Below, in pieces: positions 1 to 6,916 of a stretch of 33,176 bases of DNA. The notes under the pieces are model-generated. The model had not been told where the DNA came from. It saw nothing but the letters and a program-made list of their open reading frames with translations, and made no database searches. The stretch comes from a virus (lineage: Duplodnaviria; Caudoviricetes). Where the stretch lies: positions 1 to 33,176 of IMG/VR virus record IMGVR_UViG_3300010011_000078; one strand, 5' to 3'. The position numbers were made by a program, and so were the translations under genes. The first letter of the stretch is position 1, and every line of letters starts with the position of its first letter.

Positions 1-396
1 TTATTTGTTTTGCTTTTCTTTCAATTCATTAGCGAAAACAAGCACTTTTGCCTGATTCATAGCATTAAGTTCAGCAAATATGTTCAAGAGTTCTATTTCA
101 TTAGCGGTCAAAAATCTTTCTGACCCGTTGATAATAGTTACCGGCGCATGAGCGTGTCCAATAATTCCGTTATTTGTATGAACATTACCCGTCACAACTT
201 CCTGTCCTCCAGCAAGATAGTCAACTGACACCCCTATTATTTCAGCCGCTTTAATCAGGTTAGGTCCTTTAGGATCGGTTTTCCCGTTCGCCCAATCTGA
301 AACTGTCGACGCAGAAACCCCCAGTTTTTTAGCTAATTCCTTCTGACTTATCCCTTTTTGTTTTGCCACCAAAACAAGTCTTTCTCCTGGTTTCAC
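1..396 (-). CDS. cI-like phage repressor, XRE/Cro-C1 HTH
   Basis: N-terminal HTH (GISQKELAKKLGVSASTVSDWANGKTDP...IGVSVDYL); divergent from the early operon. GTG at 396 chosen over 408 because AGGTGG lies 8 nt upstream. No S24 peptidase motif evident. Confidence 0.9.
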   Translation of the reverse strand: MKPGERLVLVAKQKGISQKELAKKLGVSASTVSDWANGKTDPKGPNLIKAAEIIGVSVDYLAGGQEVVTGNVHTNNGIIGHAHAPVTIINGSERFLTANEIELLNIFAELNAMNQAKVLVFANELKEKQNK

Positions 397-420
397 TAAA
401 CACACCACCTTAACTAAAAA

Positions 421-585
421 AATTCGGTTAATACTATTGACAATTCAAGTAAACCGAATTATAATAAGGTTAACCCTATGAAATTAGGGCAAACAAAATC
501 AGCCAACAGAAAAGCAAACATCTGTCGGATTCGGTTTAACTTATAAAATAGGTCTTCATCAACTCTATTATATAAGTAAACCGAA
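421..585. promoter_or_regulatory. Four candidate repressor operator half-sites (TAAACCGAA / TTCGGTTWA)
   Basis: AAGTAAACCGAA at 447-458 and 574-585; reverse-orientation TTCGGTTAA at 423-431 and TTCGGTTTA at 530-538. Two of the sites lie inside promoter spacers. Confidence 0.7.
437..465 (+). promoter_or_regulatory. Rightward (lytic) sigma-A promoter
   Basis: TTGACA 437-442, 17-nt spacer, TATAAT 460-465: perfect consensus. Confidence 0.9.
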
Positions 586-595
586 GCAAAGTCAA
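567..595 (-). promoter_or_regulatory. Leftward sigma-A promoter, convergent with the rightward promoter
   Basis: Minus strand TTGACT (595-590), 17-nt spacer, TATAAT (572-567). Confidence 0.8.
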
Positions 596-613
596 CAGAA
601 AGGAGGTTAAAAA

Positions 614-784
614 ATGGAAAAATACCTGACCTGTGAGCAGGTCGCCGAAAGATACGGCGTCAAGGTTATAACCGTTTGGGCCTGGATACGGGAAAAGAAA
701 TTGCCGGCAATCAGGATCGGTAAAGGTTACCGTATCAGACCCAAAGACTTGGAAGCGTTCGAAGCGGCCAGGAAAACGAAATAA
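614..784 (+). CDS. Excisionase/Cro-like HTH protein (HTH_17 type), 56 aa; absent from ORF track
   Basis: AGGAGG RBS at 601-606; MEKYLTCEQVAERYGVKVITVWAWIREKKLPAIRIGKGYRIRPKDLEAFEAARKTK fits the Xis-like wHTH pattern. Confidence 0.88.
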   Translation: MEKYLTCEQVAERYGVKVITVWAWIREKKLPAIRIGKGYRIRPKDLEAFEAARKTK

Positions 785-798
785 AAGGGGGTTTGCAC

Positions 799-975
799 AT
801 GGGACAAGCACGAACGATCAACATTCCGGACCACCAGCTTAACCGCCTGGCCCAGCATTTGATCAATGTAGTTCCTGAATATTTCAAAAATCCGGCCAAT
901 AATAGCCGGTTTAGAGAATGGGAAAGCCAAAAAATTTCTGAAGGGAGGAAAAAACGTGAGGTCAAGCAAGTGTAA
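799..975 (+). CDS. Small phage hypothetical protein
   Basis: AAGGGGG RBS, ATG at 799, tightly packed in the operon. Confidence 0.7.
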   Translation: MGQARTINIPDHQLNRLAQHLINVVPEYFKNPANNSRFREWESQKISEGRKKREVKQV

Positions 976-1438
976 TCGTTGCGGCAGAGCCTTAAAAAAT
1001 CCTGTTTATATCGATCTTGGATATGGCAAAGTCTGTGCCGCAAAAATGGGAATTTCGGTTCCCTCAAAGAAGAGCGCCGGCGACGCAGAAGAACCGGTAA
1101 GAAAACTGGGTTCATTTGTCCCCTTTAAGGGCGACATCATTTGTCGGAGAACCGAACACGGGCCGGAAGTCAATATCCCCCATAGATTTGTTAAACACAG
1201 TCCCGCCGGCCTGGAATGGGGTTATGGTGGTTCTGGCCCTGCCGATCTGGCATTAAACGCCCTGGCAATGTATATCGGGCGAGAAAAGGCGGAAGAAAAC
1301 GGATTTTATCAGGAATTTAAGCGGGAATTTATTGCGACCATGCCAGCCGAAGGCGGCGTTATTAAGCGCGAACAGGTATTATCCTGGCTTAAAGAAAAAG
1401 GTTGTGATCTCAATGAAAAGACTTTGGCAGAAACATAA
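956..1438 (+). CDS. DUF6011-like Zn-finger fused to a DUF6166-like domain
   Basis: N-term CNRCGRALKNP..IDLGYGKVC; C-term HSPAGLEWGYGGSGPADLALNAL; GGGAGG RBS. Confidence 0.75.
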   Translation: MRSSKCNRCGRALKNPVYIDLGYGKVCAAKMGISVPSKKSAGDAEEPVRKLGSFVPFKGDIICRRTEHGPEVNIPHRFVKHSPAGLEWGYGGSGPADLALNALAMYIGREKAEENGFYQEFKREFIATMPAEGGVIKREQVLSWLKEKGCDLNEKTLAET

Positions 1439-1721
1439 AAAGAAAGTCTTCGGTTCTTTCGCCTTCCTTATGTTCTTTCTCGTGTACGGGACTGTTGGAG
1501 CGGTTGAATGTGACACGCTTTCCCTTTTCGAAGGAACTATCAGGTCAATAATCTTCCTGGCCTTGTGGGTCCTCTTTACTTACCTGGCCGGAGGTTTTGA
1601 AAATTATGCGGAAAGGGGGGACAAGCAGTATGAAGTACAAGCCGAAGACGCTTTCACCTGTTCAGGTCGCGCAGGTCGTCAAAGCCCTTCTACTTCTGGG
1701 CGAAGAACATATCACCATTGA
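1413..1721 (+). CDS. Small membrane protein (two hydrophobic helices)
   Basis: ATG 1413 overlaps the upstream gene end; hydrophobic VFGSFAFLMFFLVYG and IIFLALWVLFTYLAG. Confidence 0.6.
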   Translation: MKRLWQKHKKKVFGSFAFLMFFLVYGTVGAVECDTLSLFEGTIRSIIFLALWVLFTYLAGGFENYAERGDKQYEVQAEDAFTCSGRAGRQSPSTSGRRTYHH

Positions 1722-1791
1722 AGCAATAGAAAAGGACCGCTACGCAATCACCACAAAGCGCAACGGTCCTAACCCTAAAGAAAAGAATTAA
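1630..1791 (+). CDS. Small hypothetical protein (53 aa)
   Basis: AAGGGGGG RBS before ATG 1630. Confidence 0.6.
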   Translation: MKYKPKTLSPVQVAQVVKALLLLGEEHITIEAIEKDRYAITTKRNGPNPKEKN

Positions 1792-1801
1792 GTTTTATTT
1801 C

Positions 1802-1830
1802 ATTCTATCGAATTAAAGGAGGTTTTTCAA
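1802..1830 (-). promoter_or_regulatory. Antisense sigma-A-like promoter
   Basis: Minus strand TTGAAA (1830-1825), 17 nt, TAGAAT (1807-1802). Confidence 0.55.
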
Positions 1831-1881
1831 GCGAAGCTTTTAACATTAGAGCCTACAGAAAGGCAGAAAGGAGAGAACACC

Positions 1882-2115
1882 ATGCAAGCAACAGCACAGC
1901 TTATAAGAGATGAAGCGGCCATATTCCTGGGGAGAAGACCGACAGATGAAGAGATGAAATGGGCACTACCAAGGGCGCAGAAAAAACTCGCCTGGATCAT
2001 CGAAAGAGAAGGCGACGCAGGCGGAGTAAGACAGCAGCCCTGGTACCTGGGGAAGCTGGTAGAAGAGGCAATCGTGGAAGAGAAATTCTCACAGTATACC
2101 AGATGCATGTTGTAA
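1882..2115 (+). CDS. Phage hypothetical protein
   Basis: AAGGAG RBS, 77-aa ORF in operon orientation. Confidence 0.75.
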   Translation: MQATAQLIRDEAAIFLGRRPTDEEMKWALPRAQKKLAWIIEREGDAGGVRQQPWYLGKLVEEAIVEEKFSQYTRCML

Positions 2116-2164
2116 AAGAAAGCAAAATGAAAACGGCTTGAAAGCCGCAATAAATACCAACTCC

Positions 2165-2194
2165 ATTATATCACTGGATATGGTGGGGTGTCAA
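2165..2194 (-). promoter_or_regulatory. Antisense sigma-A promoter with extended -10
   Basis: Minus strand TTGACA (2194-2189), 18 nt, TGaTATAAT (2173-2165). Confidence 0.65.
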
Positions 2195-2209
2195 GGGAGG
2201 ATGATTTGA

Positions 2210-2425
2210 ATGGCAGTAAATCTGGATAGATTTGTACAAGGTCTCCCGGACCCGCAAGAAGCTGAGGTAAAAGCATACTGTGATGGTTGCGGAGGCGAAA
2301 TATACGAAGGTGAAGAAGTATATGTTGTTGAGGGAGAGATACTGCATGCCGAGTGGGAATGCTTGGTGCAGTATATAGACCCTGAGGTCAAGACAATAGA
2401 AGAAGCGCTGGGGGTGGAAGCATGA
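2210..2425 (+). CDS. Small Zn-ribbon-like phage protein
   Basis: GGGAGG RBS; CDGCGGEIYEGEEVY...H..EC pattern commonly seen upstream of yqaJ/recT. Confidence 0.8.
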   Translation: MAVNLDRFVQGLPDPQEAEVKAYCDGCGGEIYEGEEVYVVEGEILHAEWECLVQYIDPEVKTIEEALGVEA

Positions 2426-3363
2426 CCGCAGTAGAACTTGCAAAAACTTTGGACATGCCAAGAGAAGAATGGCTTGAGCTCCGCAAAAAGGGCATAGGCG
2501 GCTCCGATGCTGCCGCGATCGTCGGCCTTGACCGCTACCGCTCACCTTTTGATGTGTATGCGGACAAGCTGGGGCTAAAGCCTGAAATCCCTGACAACGA
2601 GGCCATGCGGCAGGGGAGAGACTTGGAGCAATATGTGGCTGAAAGGTTCATGGAAGCTACCGGGAAGAAGGTCCGCCGGCGAAATGCTATGCTCCAGCAC
2701 CCTGAATATCCGTTCATGATTGCGGATATAGACCGCTGGGTGGTTGGCGAGAACGCGGGACTTGAATGCAAAACTACAAGTGTTTTAAATAGGGCCAAGT
2801 TTTCTCAAGGAGAATTCCCTCCGAATTATTATGTTCAATGCATGCACTACATGGCCGTTACCGGTGCAGAACGCTGGTATCTTGCTGTGTTGGTACTAAA
2901 CAAAGCTTTTCATGTTTTCACTATTGAACGAGACGAAGCAGAGATAAATGCACTAATTGAAGCCGAAAAAGACTTTTGGGAAAACCATGTCTTAAAACAA
3001 ATTCCACCGGCTCCGGACGGAAGCGAAGCCACATCAGAAATTATCAAGCAGCTATTCCCTGAGGCCAAAGAAGCCACAGAAACCGCTCTGTTCGGGTACG
3101 AGGGCAAGATTCAGCAGTACCTGGAGCTGGATACCAAAGTGAAGGAGCTTGAATGTGAGCGCGACAAGCTCAAACAGGAGCTTCAACTGGCGATGGCAGA
3201 TGCCGAAATTGGCAGAGCACAGGGATATATCGTTGAGTGGAAAAACCAAGTCCGGCAAACGTTGGACACTCAAAAACTTAAAAAAGAACAGGCAGAGATA
3301 TATCAAAAATATCTCAAGCCGGCTCAAACCGTCAGAATGTTCAAAATCAAGGAGGTATCATAA
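2422..3363 (+). CDS. yqaJ: YqaJ-family (lambda Exo-like) viral recombination exonuclease
   Basis: WLELRKKGIGGSDAAAI, GRDLE, ADIDR, GLECKT, YYVQCMHYMAVTG motifs. Confidence 0.95.
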   Translation: MTAVELAKTLDMPREEWLELRKKGIGGSDAAAIVGLDRYRSPFDVYADKLGLKPEIPDNEAMRQGRDLEQYVAERFMEATGKKVRRRNAMLQHPEYPFMIADIDRWVVGENAGLECKTTSVLNRAKFSQGEFPPNYYVQCMHYMAVTGAERWYLAVLVLNKAFHVFTIERDEAEINALIEAEKDFWENHVLKQIPPAPDGSEATSEIIKQLFPEAKEATETALFGYEGKIQQYLELDTKVKELECERDKLKQELQLAMADAEIGRAQGYIVEWKNQVRQTLDTQKLKKEQAEIYQKYLKPAQTVRMFKIKEVS

Positions 3364-4203
3364 ATGGCTAATCAAAAAGGATTAATTCAGCAGGCTACAA
3401 AGCAGGAAAGCAAGACAACCGCTCTGACAAGGCCTATTGATAAATTAAAGAACATCTTGGCCGCCCAGAGCGTCCAGGAACAATTCCAGTCAGTCCTGAA
3501 AGAGAACGCAGGGGCATTTGTGGCCAGCATTATTGACCTATACAACACCGATAGAACCCTGCAGATGTGTGACCCTAAAAACGTTGTCATGGAGGCACTC
3601 AAGGCCGCCAGCCTAAAACTACCCATCAACAAGCAACTCGGATTTGCCTGGATAGTACCATATCGGGACGGGAGGACCGGGCAGTATATTCCGACGTTCC
3701 AGCTTGGTTACAAGGGATATATCCAGCTCTGCATGAGAACCGGAGCCTACCGGTACATAAATGCTGATGTGGTCTACGAGGGCGAACTGGTCAAATGCGA
3801 CAAGCTGACCGGCGAAATCGAGATCGACCCAACCAAGAGGACCAGTGACAAGAAGATCGGATATTTCGCCTTCATTGAGACTCTGAACGGCTTCCGAAAA
3901 ACGCTTTTCATGACGGTCGAGGAAGTCACCAAACACGCCCAGCAGTACAGCAAGAGCTACGGGAGCAAAAACAGCGTTTGGGCAACAGATTTTGACGCTA
4001 TGGCTTTGAAGACCTGCCTGCGGCTGTTGCTGTCCAAGTACGGTGTCATGAGTGTCGAGATGCAGAGGGCGTATATCGATGACAGCGCTGATACCGTCGC
4101 ACTGGCTGACGAAAGGATTGCTGATGACACCTTTGATGGCGAAGTGATTGAGGCTGAAGCGGTGGAAGTGACTGACATGCCGGAGGAAGCGGCTGAAGAT
4201 TGA
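3364..4203 (+). CDS. recT: RecT-family single-strand annealing recombinase
   Basis: LKLPINKQLGFAWIVPY, FQLGYKGYIQL, VYEGE, W..DFDAMALKT motifs; acidic tail; paired with yqaJ. Confidence 0.95.
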   Translation: MANQKGLIQQATKQESKTTALTRPIDKLKNILAAQSVQEQFQSVLKENAGAFVASIIDLYNTDRTLQMCDPKNVVMEALKAASLKLPINKQLGFAWIVPYRDGRTGQYIPTFQLGYKGYIQLCMRTGAYRYINADVVYEGELVKCDKLTGEIEIDPTKRTSDKKIGYFAFIETLNGFRKTLFMTVEEVTKHAQQYSKSYGSKNSVWATDFDAMALKTCLRLLLSKYGVMSVEMQRAYIDDSADTVALADERIADDTFDGEVIEAEAVEVTDMPEEAAED

Positions 4204-4215
4204 GGCACATAAAAC

Positions 4216-4377
4216 ATGGGCGGCGGGCGTGGTGGGAACACGCAATCCCAGGGATTGAAAATAGGCGTAAAGACGCCGGGAGAAAACCGTATTCACCAAC
4301 ACTTTTCGGTAAAGTGGTCCGCAACGCAGACAAAAAACTAATGTGCAACCGATCCGGTTCAAATCCGGACCGCCCAT
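4216..4377 (+). ncRNA. tRNA-like structured RNA with a large insert replacing the anticodon arm
   Basis: Acceptor stem TGGGCGG 4217-4223 / CCGCCCA 4370-4376; D-like arm GCGTG-GTGGGAA-CACGC 4227-4243; T arm TCCGG-TTCAAAT-CCGGA 4353-4369; 109 nt between D and T arms; no encoded CCA. Confidence 0.75.
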
Positions 4378-4385
4378 TAAATTGA

Positions 4386-4440
4386 ACCCATTGGCCCCGA
4401 ATCGATGAACTTGGGTACCGGTAGGCGGGAGGCCCGGGGC
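4386..4440 (+). ncRNA. Putative structured RNA element (multi-stem or pseudoknot)
   Basis: GCCCCG 4394-4399 / CGGGGC 4435-4440; internal GGC-GGGAG-GCC hairpin; ACCCA 4386-4390 complementary to TGGGT 4412-4416. Confidence 0.45.
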
Positions 4441-4479
4441 GTTATGTATAGATGATGAGAATATATGTGATTTTTAAAA

Positions 4480-4526
4480 CAGCCTGGTCCAGCGGCTTGT
4501 GCCAGCCGGGGCCGCTGGGAAGGCTG
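4480..4526 (+). other. Long GC-rich hairpin abutting the RBS of the next gene
   Basis: CAGCCT/AGGCTG plus CCAGCGGC/GCCGCTGG stems; no U-tract; GGAGG begins at 4526. Confidence 0.55.
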
Positions 4527-4543
4527 GAGGGAGAAAAAGAAAA

Positions 4544-4828
4544 ATGTCTGAGATAGATGCAAGAACAAAAGCTATAGGTATTATTTCTGGCGGAAGAGTA
4601 CAAGCCTTAGAAGATGCCGGATTGATGATTGTAGATAAACAGGAGATAGACAGGCTTAAAGAAAAGCTAAATGCGGTGTTGCAAGATTTTTATCAATATG
4701 TTCAAGGCGATAAAGAAATCTGCGCTTTTTGCTTACACGATTATGAATGTGAACCTGGAGAAACGATATGTGGAGCAACTTATAAAGGCTTTAAATGGAG
4801 AGGTTTAAATGAGAGGGAGGACTTATGA
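4544..4828 (+). CDS. Phage hypothetical protein with Cys-rich C-terminus
   Basis: ATG 4544 after GGAGG; C-term CAFC.H...C......C......FKWRG. Confidence 0.7.
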   Translation: MSEIDARTKAIGIISGGRVQALEDAGLMIVDKQEIDRLKEKLNAVLQDFYQYVQGDKEICAFCLHDYECEPGETICGATYKGFKWRGLNEREDL

Positions 4829-5364
4829 CATTAAAGGAACAATGTGCAAGTTGTAAGGCTAATTGGGATGGCCATTGTATCAATGGGAATGATACATGGA
4901 AATCAATTAATTCTTGCAACGAAGTGATTTGCGAAGATTATGAGAAGGTGGGGGGCAGGATGGCAATGAATAATGATTTAAGAGAAATAGCAATACGAAC
5001 AGATTTGGGCGATGCATGGGAAAATCCGTTCTCGCATGAGGACGTTGCACAAGCAATAAGCACAATAAGATATATCAACAGTAAAGACTTGACAGAAAAT
5101 ACATATGACCTGTTGACCGCATTGGAAGCGCTCCATCGACAACAACCAAAGCCAGTTAAGCTGAAATACAAAGAAGGAGAAGATGCTGCGTTAATAACCT
5201 GTCCTGTTTGTTGGCACTCAACTATTATTAATTTTAAATTGCACAAACAATTTTATCCTGAATGGTACTGCAAACATTGTGGACAACGACTATTCTGGGG
5301 CGATGAACCGGCCAAAGCAGGCCGAGGAAATGGCAAAGCTCTGCTACTCGGAGCGGATGTGTGA
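4825..5364 (+). CDS. Cys-rich hypothetical protein with C-terminal Zn ribbon (possibly two fused genes)
   Basis: GGAGG RBS; CASC...C...C N-terminus; CPVC...YCKHCGQRLFW C-terminus; internal G-rich RBS + ATG near 4960. Confidence 0.65.
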   Translation: MTLKEQCASCKANWDGHCINGNDTWKSINSCNEVICEDYEKVGGRMAMNNDLREIAIRTDLGDAWENPFSHEDVAQAISTIRYINSKDLTENTYDLLTALEALHRQQPKPVKLKYKEGEDAALITCPVCWHSTIINFKLHKQFYPEWYCKHCGQRLFWGDEPAKAGRGNGKALLLGADV

Positions 5365-5391
5365 AGTTGTTAATGTGGAGGCGGGGTCAGA

Positions 5392-6162
5392 ATGCCAAAC
5401 AGAATCATCAAAGAATCAATATGTACAAGCGACACCATAGACCAATTATCTTGGTTTGAGGAAGTGTTTTTCTATCGCCTCCTGGTTAATTGCGATGATT
5501 ATGGGAGGATGGATGCAAGGCCGGCGATTCTGAAGGCGAAGCTGTTTCCTCTTAAAAGTGTTACCGAAAAGCAGATTTCTGATGCTTTAAATAAGTTATC
5601 GACGGTAGGTATTGTAGCCCTATATGAGTATGATGGGAGACCGTACCTGCAATTGGTAACTTGGGAAAAGCATCAGACTGTACGGAATAAAAAAGGTAAA
5701 TATCCTGCGGTTGACGGAAGAGAGGAAACGACTGCTTCAGAAAATGTGCGGTTGATTTCAGTTGAATGCAATTGCAATCAATTGAATGCAATTGCGTCTT
5801 TAATCCAATCCAATCCAATCCAATCCGAATCCAATACGAATCCGAATCCGAATCCAAATCCAAATACAAAGGACTCCGTTGTCGTCCCTGGTGAAATTCT
5901 TTCGGAATGGAACGCTTATGTTGATATGCGGAAAAAAATTAAAAAGCCAATGACTGATAAAGCTGCTTTATTAGCTTTGAAAAAACTAAATGAGCTTGCA
6001 CCTGACGACTATGAGAAACAGAAAGCTATCCTCAACCAGTCGGTATTTAATTCTTGGCAGGGGTTATTTCCTCTGAAAGGTGGTTATGATGAAAAGACTA
6101 ATCGACATGATACCGGAACAATACCGGCAAGCAGCAAACCAAAGTACGGGGATGTCCTATGA
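5392..6162 (+). CDS. Phage replication initiator / replisome organizer
   Basis: MPNRIIKESI...LLVNCDDYGR...LKAKLFP N-terminal wHTH; NP-repeat linker; C-term W..YVDMRKKIKKPMT...QSVFNSWQGLF; directly upstream of a DnaC-like gene. Confidence 0.85.
   Translation: MPNRIIKESICTSDTIDQLSWFEEVFFYRLLVNCDDYGRMDARPAILKAKLFPLKSVTEKQISDALNKLSTVGIVALYEYDGRPYLQLVTWEKHQTVRNKKGKYPAVDGREETTASENVRLISVECNCNQLNAIASLIQSNPIQSESNTNPNPNPNPNTKDSVVVPGEILSEWNAYVDMRKKIKKPMTDKAALLALKKLNELAPDDYEKQKAILNQSVFNSWQGLFPLKGGYDEKTNRHDTGTIPASSKPKYGDVL
5762..5867. repeat. Iteron-like repeats inside the initiator gene (probable phage origin)
   Basis: TTGAATGCAATTGC at 5762-5775 and 5782-5795; (AATCC)x5 at 5802-5826; GAATCC/AAATCC hexamers to ~5867. 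Confidence 0.65.
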
Positions 6163-6916
6163 AGATTATCTAAAAATGATGTGTGATTTTCAAAATCAGA
6201 CTGTAGGGCATTTAACCGGACATGATTGCGACAAATGTAAAAACAAAGGTTTAATTTTTTTCGTCGAGAACGGCGAGGAAAAATGCCGCGAATGCGAATG
6301 TATGACTATTCGCAGAAATTTACAGCGCATTAAGGAAAGCGGGCTGGCTGCTGTAATCGAAAAATATACTTTCGATACATATCAAACGCCGGAGCTGTGG
6401 CAACAGGCTATCAAGCAGAGCGCGCTTGAATTTCTCGACGTTAAAGGCAAGTGGTTTTATATCGGCGGGCAGTACGGATCAGGAAAGACACACATCTGCA
6501 CTGCAATTGTCGGTGAGTTTATCAACCGCGGATTGAACGCCAGATACATGATGTGGCTGGACGATAGCAAGCGGTTAAAAGCCTGTATCAATGATGACGA
6601 AGAATATTACCGCTTAATACACCCGCTCAAAACCACTGATGTGCTATATATCGATGATTTTTTTAAGGCACAGGCAGGTCCGGACGGCAAAATGCTCCCT
6701 CCTACTCCTGCGGATGTAAGCTTGGCATTTGAGATTATCAATTACCGTTACATGCAGCCGGACGCAATCACAATTATATCCAGCCAGTACGATATTGACG
6801 GTCTGCTTGATATTGATGGAGCACTCGGCAGCCGGATATATGAGCGAACAAAAGGGTTTTGCAAAATTATAGGTCCGGACGAGAAAAAGAATTATCGAAT
6901 GAGGGATGTAATATGA
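6086..6916 (+). CDS. DnaC/IstB-like AAA+ helicase loader
   Basis: CDKC...CECM Zn site, Walker A GQYGSGKT, Walker B VLYIDD, IINYRY, SRIYE. Confidence 0.9.
   Translation: MMKRLIDMIPEQYRQAANQSTGMSYEDYLKMMCDFQNQTVGHLTGHDCDKCKNKGLIFFVENGEEKCRECECMTIRRNLQRIKESGLAAVIEKYTFDTYQTPELWQQAIKQSALEFLDVKGKWFYIGGQYGSGKTHICTAIVGEFINRGLNARYMMWLDDSKRLKACINDDEEYYRLIHPLKTTDVLYIDDFFKAQAGPDGKMLPPTPADVSLAFEIINYRYMQPDAITIISSQYDIDGLLDIDGALGSRIYERTKGFCKIIGPDEKKNYRMRDVI

Noticed and set aside
4216-4377. Canonical tRNA or tmRNA gene
   Set aside because: No 7-nt anticodon loop or intron signature; has a paired D stem, no G3.U70 alanine determinant, no tag frame, and is far shorter than tmRNA.
4200-4385. 61-aa plus-strand ORF after recT
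   Set aside because: TTG start without a clear RBS and no recognisable protein features; the interval is better explained by the tRNA-like fold.
4384-4440. Hammerhead or HDV/theta ribozyme
   Set aside because: CGATGA is not CTGATGA and there is no GAAA core; no P1.1-forming CC loop or J4/2 catalytic C strand for an HDV fold.
5802-5867. CRISPR-like or telomere-like array
   Set aside because: 5-6-bp units with no spacers, in frame within a gene. No CRISPR array or cas gene seen anywhere in the window.
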